A stretch of 64,000 nt of DNA from Candidatus Cloacimonadota bacterium (lineage in GTDB: Bacteria; Cloacimonadota; Cloacimonadia; JGIOTU-2). The stretch lies in assembly GCA_049903315.1 (NCBI GenBank), contig JBNGBT010000004.1, positions 192,001-256,000 of the forward strand. The letters are read 5' to 3'. Below are positions 49,529 to 60,556 of this stretch, piece by piece. Both the position numbers and the translations under genes were made by a program. Under the pieces are notes generated by a model. It did no database searches and was not told the origin of the DNA. It saw nothing but the letters and a program-made list of their open reading frames with translations. Position 1 is the first letter of the stretch; each line of letters starts with the position of its first letter.

Positions 49529-50242
49529 ATGGATATTATCGAAAACCAGATACAGGAATTTCTTCGCGATCGCAGCTCCGGCTCACACGAACTTGCCCGA
49601 CATGCACTTGGAATTATCATACGATTGCATACGAAAGGCAACAACACTGCAAGGATCATGAATTTTTTAGAAAAAGCTGTTGAGCGATTTCCACAGATGG
49701 TTGCTATTACTAAGCTCAAAGAACAATTTTATGATAAAGTATCTGAAAAAACTATCAAGGAATTTGAATTTCTGTTATCGGATAAGTCCTATATTGTAAA
49801 TGCTCAGTTTCTCTTTGATGCGCCGAAGAAAGTTGTCTCATTCAGTAGAAGTTCCGCAGTAGAAGATGTGATACTTTATTATACAAAATCTGTCGAGAAG
49901 GTAACCTGTTGCTATTCACTTCCGCTTGGTGAAGGGAAGAAATTTTCTGAGGATCTCAATAAAAATAATATTAATTCTCACTTAATCCAAGACTCAGAAC
50001 TGTCCAAAGTTATTCCTAATGCCGATTTCATACTTCTTGGTGCTGATGCAATTGCTAAAGATTTTTTTGTGAATAAAATAGGTTCTTTGCAGGTGGTTCT
50101 TCTTGCACAATATTTCAAAAAACCGGTCTATGTCATATCCTCACCATTAAAGAAGATCAAGAAAAGTAGCTATTCTTTAGAAAAACTTGGACAGTATTTC
50201 GAGGTAATTGATAATTCATTGATCACTGATTTTATATATTAA
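49529..50242 (+). CDS. eIF-2B alpha/beta/delta-family protein (sugar-phosphate isomerase-like)
   Basis: DRSSGS, FSRSSAV, SLPLGEG and LGADAI...NKIGS motifs. Confidence 0.7.
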   Translation: MDIIENQIQEFLRDRSSGSHELARHALGIIIRLHTKGNNTARIMNFLEKAVERFPQMVAITKLKEQFYDKVSEKTIKEFEFLLSDKSYIVNAQFLFDAPKKVVSFSRSSAVEDVILYYTKSVEKVTCCYSLPLGEGKKFSEDLNKNNINSHLIQDSELSKVIPNADFILLGADAIAKDFFVNKIGSLQVVLLAQYFKKPVYVISSPLKKIKKSSYSLEKLGQYFEVIDNSLITDFIY

Positions 50243-50255
50243 ATTCGAGGAGTTT

Positions 50256-52277
50256 ATGCAATATAATGTAGATGTTTCCAAAGCCATGACTATCGTACTA
50301 TCAAAGGAATTTCCACCTGATCCGATTTTCAAAAAAGGGATAAGGAGAGCGCCGGGCAGGGGATTGAATCTCTCGAAAAATGAGATAAAGACAGCATTGA
50401 AAAATGCTTTGCGATATATTCCTTCCGAACTGCATAAAAAGCTTGCACCGGAATTTCTTGAAGAGCTTAAAACCAGAGGACGTATTTATGGATATCGCTA
50501 TCGTCCACAGGATGAGATAAAAGCAAAACCAATACACGACTATAAAGGGAATACACTGGAAGGAAAAGCGCTGCAAGTCATGATTGATAATAATCTCGAT
50601 TTTGATGTGGCACTTTATCCTTATGAGCTTGTTACATATGGCGAAAGTGGGCAGGTTTGCCAGAACTGGATGCAGTATCAGATCATAAAGAAATATCTTG
50701 AAGTAATGACAGATAATCTAACACTTGTTGTTGCGTCGGGGCATCCACTTGGATTGTTTCCTTCACGACCTGAAAGTCCCCGTGTGATAAGCACGAACGG
50801 CTTAATGGTCGGCATGTTTGACAATTCCGAGGATTTCAAAGCAGCTGCTGCAATGGGCGTCACAAATTATGGACAAATGACTGCGGGTGGGTGGATGTAT
50901 ATCGGTCCGCAGGGTATCGTGCATGGAACGTATATAACACTTTTGAATGCAGGCAGAATGTATCTTGGCATTCCTGAAGATGAAGATCTAAAAGGAAAAA
51001 TATTCGTAACCTCCGGACTTGGCGGGATGAGCGGCGCACAGGCAAAAGCAGTCGAGATCGCAGGTGGCGTGGGTGTGATCGCAGAAGTCGATCTTTCACG
51101 CATCAAAACCCGTCATGAGCAGGGCTGGCTTTCTAAATATTCTGATAACCTCGAACAGGTTGTGAGCTGGATGCAGGAAAGCAAGGCAAAAGGAGAAGCA
51201 GTCTCGATCGGATATTTTGGAAATGTGGTCGACCTCTTGCAATATTTTGTTGATAACGATATTGAAATAGAACTCCTGTCTGACCAAACATCATGCCACG
51301 CAGTATATGAGGGCGGCTATACTCCGCAGGGAGTAAGTTTTGAAGAAGGTCGCGAACTCATCAAAAATGACATACAAGCTTTTAAAAAGAAAGTAGATGA
51401 ATCACTTATTAAGCAGTATGAACTCATAAAAAAAATGACCGAATACGGCACATATTTTTGGGATTACGGGAACAGTTTCATGAAAGCAGTTTTTGATGCA
51501 GGAGCACATGACATTGCAAAAAATGGTGAAAACACAAAAGATGGTTTTATCTTCCCATCCTATGTAGAAGATATTATGGGACCAATCTGTTTTGATTACG
51601 GCTACGGACCGTATCGTTGGGTGTGTCTGAGCGGCAAGCCCGAGGATCTTCATAAAACAGACCTCGCTGCAATGGCATGTATCGATCCTACAAGAAGAGC
51701 ACAGGATAGAGATAATTATCACTGGATAGAAAGTGCTGAAAAAAATAAACTCGTTGTCGGCTCTCAGGCGCGTATTCTCTATGCAGATGCACAGGGAAGA
51801 GTGAAGATCGCACTCAAATTCAATGAAATGGTTCGTGAACGTGAGGTTGGACCGATCATGATCGGGCGCGATCATCATGACACGGGCGGGACTGATTCAC
51901 CATTCCGCGAAACTGCGAATATAAAAGATGGAAGCAATGTGTGTGCAGATATGTCAATCCATTGTTTTGCAGGTAATGTAGCACGAGGCATGACACTCGT
52001 TGTAGAAAGCAACGGCGGCGGAGTGGGCATTGGGAAAGCATTCAACGGCGGTTTCGGACTGGTGCTCGACGGCAGCAAAAAAGTCGATGAAGTGATAAAG
52101 TCTGCACTGGATTGGGATGTGATGGGAGGAGTGGCTCGCAGAGCATGGGCGCGCAATCCACATGCAATAGAAACCTCAATTGAATGGAATGAGAGAAATA
52201 AAAATAATGGACATATAACGTTACCCTTCATCCCAGATGAAAAGCTGATAGATGAACTGGTAGATAAGGAATTTTAA
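50256..52277 (+). CDS. hutU: Urocanate hydratase (long form)
   Basis: YGQMTAGGWMYIGPQGIVHGT, GLGGMSGAQ, SDQTSCH and GRDHHD..GTDSPFRET motifs. Confidence 0.96.
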   Translation: MQYNVDVSKAMTIVLSKEFPPDPIFKKGIRRAPGRGLNLSKNEIKTALKNALRYIPSELHKKLAPEFLEELKTRGRIYGYRYRPQDEIKAKPIHDYKGNTLEGKALQVMIDNNLDFDVALYPYELVTYGESGQVCQNWMQYQIIKKYLEVMTDNLTLVVASGHPLGLFPSRPESPRVISTNGLMVGMFDNSEDFKAAAAMGVTNYGQMTAGGWMYIGPQGIVHGTYITLLNAGRMYLGIPEDEDLKGKIFVTSGLGGMSGAQAKAVEIAGGVGVIAEVDLSRIKTRHEQGWLSKYSDNLEQVVSWMQESKAKGEAVSIGYFGNVVDLLQYFVDNDIEIELLSDQTSCHAVYEGGYTPQGVSFEEGRELIKNDIQAFKKKVDESLIKQYELIKKMTEYGTYFWDYGNSFMKAVFDAGAHDIAKNGENTKDGFIFPSYVEDIMGPICFDYGYGPYRWVCLSGKPEDLHKTDLAAMACIDPTRRAQDRDNYHWIESAEKNKLVVGSQARILYADAQGRVKIALKFNEMVREREVGPIMIGRDHHDTGGTDSPFRETANIKDGSNVCADMSIHCFAGNVARGMTLVVESNGGGVGIGKAFNGGFGLVLDGSKKVDEVIKSALDWDVMGGVARRAWARNPHAIETSIEWNERNKNNGHITLPFIPDEKLIDELVDKEF

Positions 52278-52289
52278 TAAGGAGCAATA

Positions 52290-52751
52290 ATGGAAAAAAC
52301 ACATTTCGAATCAACTGAAGATATTCTGCAATTTGCAATAGATAGAGAGATAGATGCGCAGAATTTTTATAATAAATGGTCGGAAAAGGTAAAAAATCCA
52401 GCAATAGGAGAGATGCTGAAAGGGCTTGCGTTCCAGGAGAAAGGACACGAAGAACATCTAAAACGTGTAAAAAAGAGTGGTGAACTCAAACCTTCGGAAA
52501 AGCATATCGTAGATTTGAAGATCGCTGATTATCTCGTTGAAGTTAAACCATCAGAGGATATGGATTATCAGCAAGCACTCACCGTTGCCATGGAAAGAGA
52601 ACAGAGCTCGGTTAATCTGTATAAGACACTGGCAAAACTCGCTCCAAATGAGAAAATTCAAGACCTATTCCTCAACCTTGTGGAAGAAGAAGTACAGCAC
52701 AAAGCTCGTCTTGAAGATGAGTATGATGAGAATATTCTGAGAGATAATTAA
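52290..52751 (+). CDS. Ferritin/rubrerythrin-like di-iron protein
   Basis: AIDREIDAQNFY...EKGH and AMERE...EEVQH motifs. Confidence 0.88.
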   Translation: MEKTHFESTEDILQFAIDREIDAQNFYNKWSEKVKNPAIGEMLKGLAFQEKGHEEHLKRVKKSGELKPSEKHIVDLKIADYLVEVKPSEDMDYQQALTVAMEREQSSVNLYKTLAKLAPNEKIQDLFLNLVEEEVQHKARLEDEYDENILRDN

Positions 52752-52793
52752 AAAATTTGGTTTCATTAATGTGATATATATTCAAGGAGAAAT

Positions 52794-53255
52794 ATGCAAG
52801 ATATAAAAGTTGGTGACCTCGCACCCGATTTTACTTTAAAAGATCACCATAATAAGGAATTTACGTTATCTGAACTGAGAGGTAAGAAAGTGCTTCTCTC
52901 GTTTCATCCACTTGCCTGGACAAAGGTATGTGCTCAGCAGATGAAATCTCTTGAAGATAATAAAGAAGTTTTTGATGAGCTTAATACAGTTGCAGTAGGC
53001 TTCAGCGTGGATACCGTTCCATGCAAACATGCATGGGCAAAGGATTTGAAAGTCTGGAAAACTGCTCTCCTTTGTGATTTCTGGCCTCATGGTGAAGTGG
53101 CACAGAAATTTGGAATGTTCAAAACAGACAAGGGTTTTACTGAGAGAGCAAATATTATTGTCGATGAACAAGGCAAAGTGATCTTTATCAAAATTTACGA
53201 TATTCCTACACTCCCGGATATTCAGGAAATTATTGAATTTCTTAAGAGTTCGTAA
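52794..53255 (+). CDS. Peroxiredoxin (AhpC/TSA family, AhpE-like)
   Basis: APDFTL, FHPLAWTKVC, DFWPHG and ERA motifs. Confidence 0.9.
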   Translation: MQDIKVGDLAPDFTLKDHHNKEFTLSELRGKKVLLSFHPLAWTKVCAQQMKSLEDNKEVFDELNTVAVGFSVDTVPCKHAWAKDLKVWKTALLCDFWPHGEVAQKFGMFKTDKGFTERANIIVDEQGKVIFIKIYDIPTLPDIQEIIEFLKSS

Positions 53256-53271
53256 ATTTATTGGAGATGTG

Positions 53272-53871
53272 ATGAAAAATTTCTTAACTCTCTTTTTTAT
53301 TGCTGTTCTCTTATTCGGTTGTGCCTCTGTAGAAAATTTTGAGTATAAAGATGTGATGTATAAAGAAGTTCAGAAACAAGTATTTGGTTATGGTTTCTCA
53401 AAATCAATGAATGAAAAGCTCTCTGCGAATATGGCAGAAGCCACAGCACGAAAAAATATTGCAGAGCAGACTGCAGGTATGCATTTCACCTATACAAATA
53501 AAAATGAGGAAAGGGAAATGAAGCTCAGTATACGTAACGCTGAACTCTCGGAAGTAAGATTGGATAAGACAATCCGCTTGGACAAGACAGGTGTTTTCAT
53601 ATCAGTACTTCGTTATCAGGGGAAGATACAAAAACCTGTTGGGGAAGATGTGTTTTTTGGTGAAATGAAAATACAATTTTCAGACGATCTGCTTAAAATC
53701 TCCAAAAGCAGAACAAATGTTCTGCAGGAAATGATCTCGTCCAAATTCCCTAAAGCTCATGAAGTAAAAGGATTTATTCTCATCGATACAACAGATGTTG
53801 GCTGGACCACCCATACAGGAGTGATCCAATATTATGAAAGTTATTTAATCGTTATTGAATCAGTGATATAA
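53272..53871 (+). CDS. Hypothetical lipoprotein
   Basis: GGAG RBS; MKNFLTLFFIAVLLFGC lipobox. Confidence 0.7.
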   Translation: MKNFLTLFFIAVLLFGCASVENFEYKDVMYKEVQKQVFGYGFSKSMNEKLSANMAEATARKNIAEQTAGMHFTYTNKNEEREMKLSIRNAELSEVRLDKTIRLDKTGVFISVLRYQGKIQKPVGEDVFFGEMKIQFSDDLLKISKSRTNVLQEMISSKFPKAHEVKGFILIDTTDVGWTTHTGVIQYYESYLIVIESVI

Positions 53872-53882
53872 CAGGAGGTATC

Positions 53883-54950
53883 ATGAAAAATATTTTAGTG
53901 TTTATAAGCATAATTACTCTGGTCTTGTGCATGATCTCATGTGAAAAGACTTCAACAGACATTCCCTCGGATAACTCAGGCGTACTTATTGGTGCTGCCG
54001 TCTATGAGACGATCCAGGGCGCGATAGATGCTGCTGTAGATGGAGACACTCTTCGTCTCACACAGGGCATTTATGCCGGTACAAATAACACAAATTTGAT
54101 GTGGGATGGAGAAGAAAAACACCTGACAATTATGACCGATCTGCGCGGACACCAGCAGAATTATGCGATCATTGAAGGCAACGGAAAGGGAGCTGGCTTT
54201 TATTTTGATAACTCATTCCAAAGCAATGCAGATCTTATTTACGGCATTACTATTAGAAATATGGGTTCTGATGCAAATTATTACAATGCGGCATTTTATT
54301 GTGAAAATACAGAGCCGACCATTCAATATTGCTGGGTTCATGATTGCGGATGGTGCGCAGTGTACTGTTCTCATGCAAATCCTAGAATTGAGAATTCATG
54401 GTTTTATGATAATATGGCTGGTTTCATACTTGATTCAAATTCCAATCCTGTTCTCTTACTGAATTACATTGAGAAAAGCGAATTGGACGGCGTGTATGCG
54501 ATCGATGACTCCAATCCGTCGCTTTTCAATAATCTGATCGCTGGCAATAACCGTGGTGTGTATCTTCTTAATGCCAAATCCCTCATGGTCAATAACACTA
54601 TTGTTTCGAATACAAACTGGGGAGTACGGGTAAGCAGCGATGTACTCTCAACAATGTACAACTGTATCGTTTGGGATAACGGAACCGATTTGGAAATCCT
54701 CTCAAATAATAGTCTTAAAGCTATGAATTCCTGCTCATCTGTAGAGATACCAGATGTTAATCCTGATAGTCTGGGGAATATCTATGTCAATCCACAGTTC
54801 ATCACCAGCAATGACTATCATCTTAAATCTGTAAGTCCATGCCTGGATATCGGAATGACAGGAGTAGTATATTGGACAGGAGACCTGGATGGAGAGCCAC
54901 GAATCCATAATAACGAAATTGACCTCGGCGCTTACGAATGGCACCCATAG
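53883..54950 (+). CDS. Lipoprotein with right-handed parallel beta-helix repeats
   Basis: Lipobox MISC; TIQGAIDAA.DGDT; N-rich coils; DYHL...SPCLD.G...DLGAYE tail. Confidence 0.8.
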   Translation: MKNILVFISIITLVLCMISCEKTSTDIPSDNSGVLIGAAVYETIQGAIDAAVDGDTLRLTQGIYAGTNNTNLMWDGEEKHLTIMTDLRGHQQNYAIIEGNGKGAGFYFDNSFQSNADLIYGITIRNMGSDANYYNAAFYCENTEPTIQYCWVHDCGWCAVYCSHANPRIENSWFYDNMAGFILDSNSNPVLLLNYIEKSELDGVYAIDDSNPSLFNNLIAGNNRGVYLLNAKSLMVNNTIVSNTNWGVRVSSDVLSTMYNCIVWDNGTDLEILSNNSLKAMNSCSSVEIPDVNPDSLGNIYVNPQFITSNDYHLKSVSPCLDIGMTGVVYWTGDLDGEPRIHNNEIDLGAYEWHP

Positions 54951-54989
54951 AATACTGCTTATAGGAAATAAATTCTAGGATCTACGAAT

Positions 54990-57119
54990 ATGAAAAAATT
55001 TATCCTTATTGGGATAGCTCTGTCTCTCATTGCGTGTGCATATCTTCAACCTGTTAGCGAATCAAAAACAGCAATCAAGCCCGAACCTCCGATAGCAAAG
55101 AAAATTCCGTATGAAACTTCTATCCATGACACTTTTCTGGTTGATTACTACTATTGGATGAAAGATAAAACACGAACCGATCCCGACGTGATTGCGCATA
55201 TAGAAAAAGAAAATACTTATACTGATAGCATATTGCTTCACACAACTGAATTGCAGGAGCATCTTTACCAGGAGATTGTTGGCAGGATTCAGAAAACAGA
55301 TATTTCCGTTCCAGTCCGTATCGACAGTTTTTATTACTACTGGAAAGATATTGAAGGAAAAGAATATTCAATATATTGCAGAAAGAAATGCGTGCCCGAT
55401 GCTGAAGAGGAAATAATACTTGATGTGAATGAACTGGCCTCCGGGCATGAATTTTACGATGTATCTGATATTGCTTTGAGTCCGGATCATAAGTATATTG
55501 CGTATGCTGTTGATACAACCGGAGCAGAGCGTTACACGCTTACTATAGAGAATATTAATGAACATACCTTTTTACCTGATACTGCCTATCCCGTCAGTGA
55601 TGTTGTATGGGCAGAAGACAATAAGACGATGTTTTATACTATAGAAAATGAGGTGGGAAGAAGCGATAAACTCTATCGGCATGTTCTTGGTACTGAACGG
55701 AAAGAAGATGAACTGCTCTTTCAGGAAAATGATAGGGCATATTATGTGTGGATATATAAATCGAAAAATAGAGAATATCTAATATTTACTACTGGCAGTG
55801 AAACAACGTATGAAGTCCGATTCCTGAAAGCAGATGATCCATTTGGTGAATTTAAGATCGTCCAACCGCGGGAACAGGATCACAGGTATTATATCTGTCC
55901 CCATATGAATGACTTCTATATTGTATCAAATGATGATGCGCAAAATTATAAGGTGATGATCACTTCCGTTGACAATCCGGGGAAAGAAAACTGGAAGGAA
56001 ATCATTCCCCAGAGGGATTCAGTTTCAATTGATATTGAAATATTCAAAGATTATATGGTTATATATGAACAGCAAAATGCGTTACGAAAAATCAGAATAA
56101 TAAATATTAACACAAATGAAGAATATTATATAGATTTTCCTGAGCCGTTCTATTCTATTTTTGCAATGAGGAATCCTAATTTTGCTACTCATATTTTCAG
56201 ATTTTCCTATGAGTCTATGGTGACACCGAGATCTATTTATGACTATAATATGGAAACAAGGGAACGAGAATTGAGGAAAAGTCAGGAGATTCCAAGCGGG
56301 TATGATGCATCTCAATATAACTACGAAAGGGTTTTTGCAAAAGCTCTGGATGGCACACCAATTCCAATCTCGTTAGTGTATAAAAAAGATCTATTCTCAA
56401 AAGATGGTAAGAATCCTTTGGTGCTTTATGCCTATGGTTCTTATGGGGACTGCATTGATCCTTATTTTTCTACAAGTCGATTATCTCTTCTCAATCGTGG
56501 TTTTGTTTATGCGATTGCGCATGTGCGCGGGGGGGGTGAAAATGGGGAACAGTGGTATGATCAGGGAAGACTCCTCAATAAGAAGAATACATTCACGGAT
56601 TTCATTGCCTGCGAGGAATATCTTATTCAGGAACATTATACAAGCACGGAAAAACTCGTGATCGAAGGAGCAAGTGCAGGTGGCTTGCTTATAGGCGCGG
56701 TTTTGAATATGCGACCGGAATTATGCGAGATTGCAATTGCGGATGTCCCTTTTGTGGACTTGATCTATACATCACTTGATACAACTTTATCTGCAGTTGA
56801 ATGGCATTATGATGAATTTGGAAATCCTCTGAATGAAGAAGAATATGATTATATGATATCCTACTGTCCCTATCAAAATGTAAAAGCTCAGCGTTATCCT
56901 CATATTCTTGCGTTAGGTGGATTTTATGATCCCAGGGTCAACTACTGGGAGCCGGCGAAATGGATTGCAAAGATCCGCGAAAACAAGCTGGATGACAATC
57001 TTGCGCTGCTTAAAATTCAACTTTCTGGTCACGCTGGGGCAACAGGAAGATTTTCTTATTTACGAGAAGTGGCACTGAAGTATGCCTTTATATTTGATAT
57101 TCTCGGGATTCAGTTTTAG
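54990..57119 (+). CDS. ptrB: Oligopeptidase B (S9A) with a lipoprotein signal, paralog 1
   Basis: LIAC lipobox; AHVRGGGE, GASAGG, DPRVNYWEPAKW and GH motifs. Confidence 0.88.
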   Translation: MKKFILIGIALSLIACAYLQPVSESKTAIKPEPPIAKKIPYETSIHDTFLVDYYYWMKDKTRTDPDVIAHIEKENTYTDSILLHTTELQEHLYQEIVGRIQKTDISVPVRIDSFYYYWKDIEGKEYSIYCRKKCVPDAEEEIILDVNELASGHEFYDVSDIALSPDHKYIAYAVDTTGAERYTLTIENINEHTFLPDTAYPVSDVVWAEDNKTMFYTIENEVGRSDKLYRHVLGTERKEDELLFQENDRAYYVWIYKSKNREYLIFTTGSETTYEVRFLKADDPFGEFKIVQPREQDHRYYICPHMNDFYIVSNDDAQNYKVMITSVDNPGKENWKEIIPQRDSVSIDIEIFKDYMVIYEQQNALRKIRIININTNEEYYIDFPEPFYSIFAMRNPNFATHIFRFSYESMVTPRSIYDYNMETRERELRKSQEIPSGYDASQYNYERVFAKALDGTPIPISLVYKKDLFSKDGKNPLVLYAYGSYGDCIDPYFSTSRLSLLNRGFVYAIAHVRGGGENGEQWYDQGRLLNKKNTFTDFIACEEYLIQEHYTSTEKLVIEGASAGGLLIGAVLNMRPELCEIAIADVPFVDLIYTSLDTTLSAVEWHYDEFGNPLNEEEYDYMISYCPYQNVKAQRYPHILALGGFYDPRVNYWEPAKWIAKIRENKLDDNLALLKIQLSGHAGATGRFSYLREVALKYAFIFDILGIQF

Positions 57120-59246
57120 ATGAAAAAAGTTACTATTTTTATTTTTATTTTGTTTCTGGGTTCCTGTGCATCTCAAACAATCAAAAAAGAATATACTCTG
57201 TATCCGCACTTGGTGCCGCCAGTTGCAAAAAAAATCCCCACATCAACAACGCTGCATGGCGTCGAACTGAAAGATAATTATGCATGGATGATAGATGACA
57301 CACGAACCGACTCTGCTGTCATATCATATATCGAGGCAGAAAATCTCTATGCAGAGGAAATCCTTTCTGATATGTCTGCACTCAAAGATACGATATTCAA
57401 TGAGATAATTGGCAGGATAGGCGAAGAAGATGTGAATGCTCCCACTCGCTGGGGTGATTATTATTACTATTCACGAAGGGAAGAGGGTAAACCCTATTTG
57501 ATCTATTGCAGAAAATTGGGATCGCTTGCAGCCACAGAAGAGATTGTCCTGGATTTGAATAAACTTGCACAAGGGCACGATTTTTTTTCTGTAGGGAGAA
57601 GGGAGTACAGTCCTGACCAAACTTTGCTGGCATATACTGTTGACGTTACTGGTGATGAGCGATACACGCTATACATCAAGGATATTGAAGCTGACACATT
57701 GCTTTCCGATGAGATGTATCTCGTAAATGATGTGGAATGGGCAAATGATAATAAAACCATTTTTTATGTAACGCCAAATGAAGATAACCTGAAAAGTAAA
57801 CTCGCATATCGGCATGTTCTGGGAACCGATCCGTCAGAAGATGAGCTGCTCTACAGAGAAAATGATAATGCATTCTATGTGTGGTTTGGCAGAACGCGGT
57901 CGAATGATTATATCGTTCTTGGAACAAACAGCAGAACAACATCTGACGCTCGCTATCTCGATGCGGACAATCCCGAAGGAGACTTCACACTCTTTCAACC
58001 ACGAGTGCAGGATGTGAAGTATTATATGACCAATAATGATTCAACTTTATACATCAGAACTAATGAATCAGCTCCGAATTATAAGATCATGACCACTCAA
58101 TGGAACGATCGCTTTCAATGGAAAACCTTCATTCCGCACTGCGATTCTGTCTATATTGATGGATTCGATGTTTTTGAGAAGTATCTCGTTGTGTACGAGC
58201 AACATAGCGGTGTAATCAAACCACATATTTTCCTTCTTGAAGATGGTACGGATTATTATATGACATTTCCCGAAGATGTGTATGCTTTCTCCAGCAGATG
58301 GACTCCGGATTTTGATACGGACACATTATACTATTCCTATTCCTCGCTCACCACGCCATCGTCTGTATATGCGTATAATATGAAAACAAAAGAAAGAGTC
58401 CTTCTCAAACGATACGAGGTGATTGGGAGCTTCGATCCTGAACAGTATCAGTCCGAGCAGATCTATGCGACATCACACGACGGCACAAAGGTTCCGATTT
58501 CTCTTGTCTATAAAAAAGATCTCTTCAAACAAGACGGAACCAATCCGCTGTATCTCACTGCGTATGGCGCGTATGGGAGCAGCAGAAGTGCCGGGTTTTC
58601 TCGGATACGTATAAGTTTGCTTGATAGGGGATTTGTTTATGCAATTGCGCATGTCCGTGGTGGAAAAGAGAAGGGCGAGCAGTGGTATGAGCAAGGGAAA
58701 TTACTCAATAAGAAAAATACATTTCTCGATTATATCGCGTGTGCGGAATATTTAGTTGAGAATCATTACACAAATCCTTCAAAGCAAGCTGCTTTTGGTG
58801 CTAGTGCAGGTGGCATGTTGATGGGAGTTGTGGCAAACTGGCGTCCTGATCTTTTTGAAGTTATTGTTGCGGACGTGCCATCTATGGACAAGCTGACTGT
58901 GCTCATGGACTCGACTGCTTCCGGCACACAATATCATTATGATGAACTGGGGAATCCGTACAAGAAGGAGTATTTTGATTACCTGCTGTCCTGGGATACC
59001 TACCAAAACATCAAAAAACAGGACTACCCGAATATGATGCTCACTGCCGGCTTTAATGACAGCCGTGTCCGCTACTGGCAGCCCCTCCGCTGGACAGCAA
59101 AAGTCCGCGATATGAAAACAGACAATAATGTGATCATACTCAAAACAAATATGGCTGGACATTATGGAGGTTCTGGCAGATACACGCAATACGAGGATAT
59201 TGCAGAACGATATGCCTTTATTATTCGCATGTTGGGTGTAGAATGA
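57120..59246 (+). CDS. ptrB: Oligopeptidase B (S9A) with a lipoprotein signal, paralog 2
   Basis: LGSC lipobox; GASAGG, DSRVRYW and AGHYGGSGR motifs. Confidence 0.88.
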   Translation: MKKVTIFIFILFLGSCASQTIKKEYTLYPHLVPPVAKKIPTSTTLHGVELKDNYAWMIDDTRTDSAVISYIEAENLYAEEILSDMSALKDTIFNEIIGRIGEEDVNAPTRWGDYYYYSRREEGKPYLIYCRKLGSLAATEEIVLDLNKLAQGHDFFSVGRREYSPDQTLLAYTVDVTGDERYTLYIKDIEADTLLSDEMYLVNDVEWANDNKTIFYVTPNEDNLKSKLAYRHVLGTDPSEDELLYRENDNAFYVWFGRTRSNDYIVLGTNSRTTSDARYLDADNPEGDFTLFQPRVQDVKYYMTNNDSTLYIRTNESAPNYKIMTTQWNDRFQWKTFIPHCDSVYIDGFDVFEKYLVVYEQHSGVIKPHIFLLEDGTDYYMTFPEDVYAFSSRWTPDFDTDTLYYSYSSLTTPSSVYAYNMKTKERVLLKRYEVIGSFDPEQYQSEQIYATSHDGTKVPISLVYKKDLFKQDGTNPLYLTAYGAYGSSRSAGFSRIRISLLDRGFVYAIAHVRGGKEKGEQWYEQGKLLNKKNTFLDYIACAEYLVENHYTNPSKQAAFGASAGGMLMGVVANWRPDLFEVIVADVPSMDKLTVLMDSTASGTQYHYDELGNPYKKEYFDYLLSWDTYQNIKKQDYPNMMLTAGFNDSRVRYWQPLRWTAKVRDMKTDNNVIILKTNMAGHYGGSGRYTQYEDIAERYAFIIRMLGVE

Positions 59247-60556
59247 ATTATAATAAACAGGTTGATAGGATAGTAGAATATTTCCACAGACAGGAAAAGA
59301 CACCTGATAATCTGAAGATTGGAGCTGAATTCGAGCATTTTATTGTGCGGGAAAATGACCTCTCTGCAGTTCGTTATGACGAGATCAGCAAGGACGGCAT
59401 CAAAGACCTGCTCGAATATCTTCTCCAAAAGGGCTGGCGTGGCAATTTTGAGGGTGATAATCTCATCGGGTTGGAAAAACAAGGTTCGACAGTCACCCTG
59501 GAACCAGGCGCACAAATTGAACTCAGCACTCAGCATACATCCCACCTCTCTGAAATTGAGAAAACCTACAGGAACTTTGTGCTTGATCTCATGCCATGGC
59601 TGGAGGATAATCAGCAGCTTCTCATTGCACTTGGTTATCAACCTCATTCAAAGATAGAGGATATTCCTTTCATCCCGAAGCAGCGTTATGTATTTATGTC
59701 TGATTATCTCAGCCAGAAGGGAAAGTATGCGCTCAATATGATGAAGGGCACCGCATCAACCCAGCTTGCACTGGACTATCTGAACGAAGAAGATTATGCA
59801 CTGAAATTTCAGGTTGCATGCTACCTCTCACCTTTGATGGCAATTTTGACCGATAACAGTCCGATCTTTGAAGGTGAGCGGTATAAAAAATATGCATTGC
59901 GTACAAATATCTGGCTGCATTGTGATGATGAAAGGTGCGGAATAATACCCCATGCATTTGATACAGATTTCTGCTATGCGACGTATGCGAGGTATATACT
60001 TGAGAGACCACCGATCATAATTACACGGGCGGGGCAGTTATGCTCTACCGAAAATCAGCCGTTCAAAGCAATCTTTGATCCTGAAGAAAGCACGGATAAA
60101 GAACTGGAACAGGTGCTGACAATGTTTTTTCCGGATGTACGCACAAAGCAGTTCATAGAGATACGTACTGCGGACTCAATACCATATCCTCTTAATCTTG
60201 CTTATATTGCTTTTCTCAAGGGTCTGCTTTATGATTGTAAAAATATCAAAACGATACACCAAACCGTGACCGGATGTTTTGAGTTCAAAAAAATTCTCGC
60301 GCTCCAACACGAGATAATTAACAGGGGACTAAAAGCAAAGGCATGTGACAAGCATGTTATGGAGCCGATCCTGAAATTTTTAAATCTTGCAAAAGAAGGA
60401 CTGGTAAAAGAAGAGCAAAAATATCTCAATCCGCTTTACGAATTAGTTGAAATGAGAAAGAATCCCGTTACACTCATCAATCAGAAATTAAACGATCATG
60501 TGCCGCTGAAGGAATCTTTAAAAGACTGTATTATAAATAATTATTTCGCTGAATGA
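59243..60556 (+). CDS. gshA: Glutamate--cysteine ligase (GCS2 family)
   Basis: IGAEFEHF, TLEPGAQIELS, PKQRY, MMKGTASTQ and FFPDVRTKQFIEIRTADS motifs. Confidence 0.85.
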   Translation: MNYNKQVDRIVEYFHRQEKTPDNLKIGAEFEHFIVRENDLSAVRYDEISKDGIKDLLEYLLQKGWRGNFEGDNLIGLEKQGSTVTLEPGAQIELSTQHTSHLSEIEKTYRNFVLDLMPWLEDNQQLLIALGYQPHSKIEDIPFIPKQRYVFMSDYLSQKGKYALNMMKGTASTQLALDYLNEEDYALKFQVACYLSPLMAILTDNSPIFEGERYKKYALRTNIWLHCDDERCGIIPHAFDTDFCYATYARYILERPPIIITRAGQLCSTENQPFKAIFDPEESTDKELEQVLTMFFPDVRTKQFIEIRTADSIPYPLNLAYIAFLKGLLYDCKNIKTIHQTVTGCFEFKKILALQHEIINRGLKAKACDKHVMEPILKFLNLAKEGLVKEEQKYLNPLYELVEMRKNPVTLINQKLNDHVPLKESLKDCIINNYFAE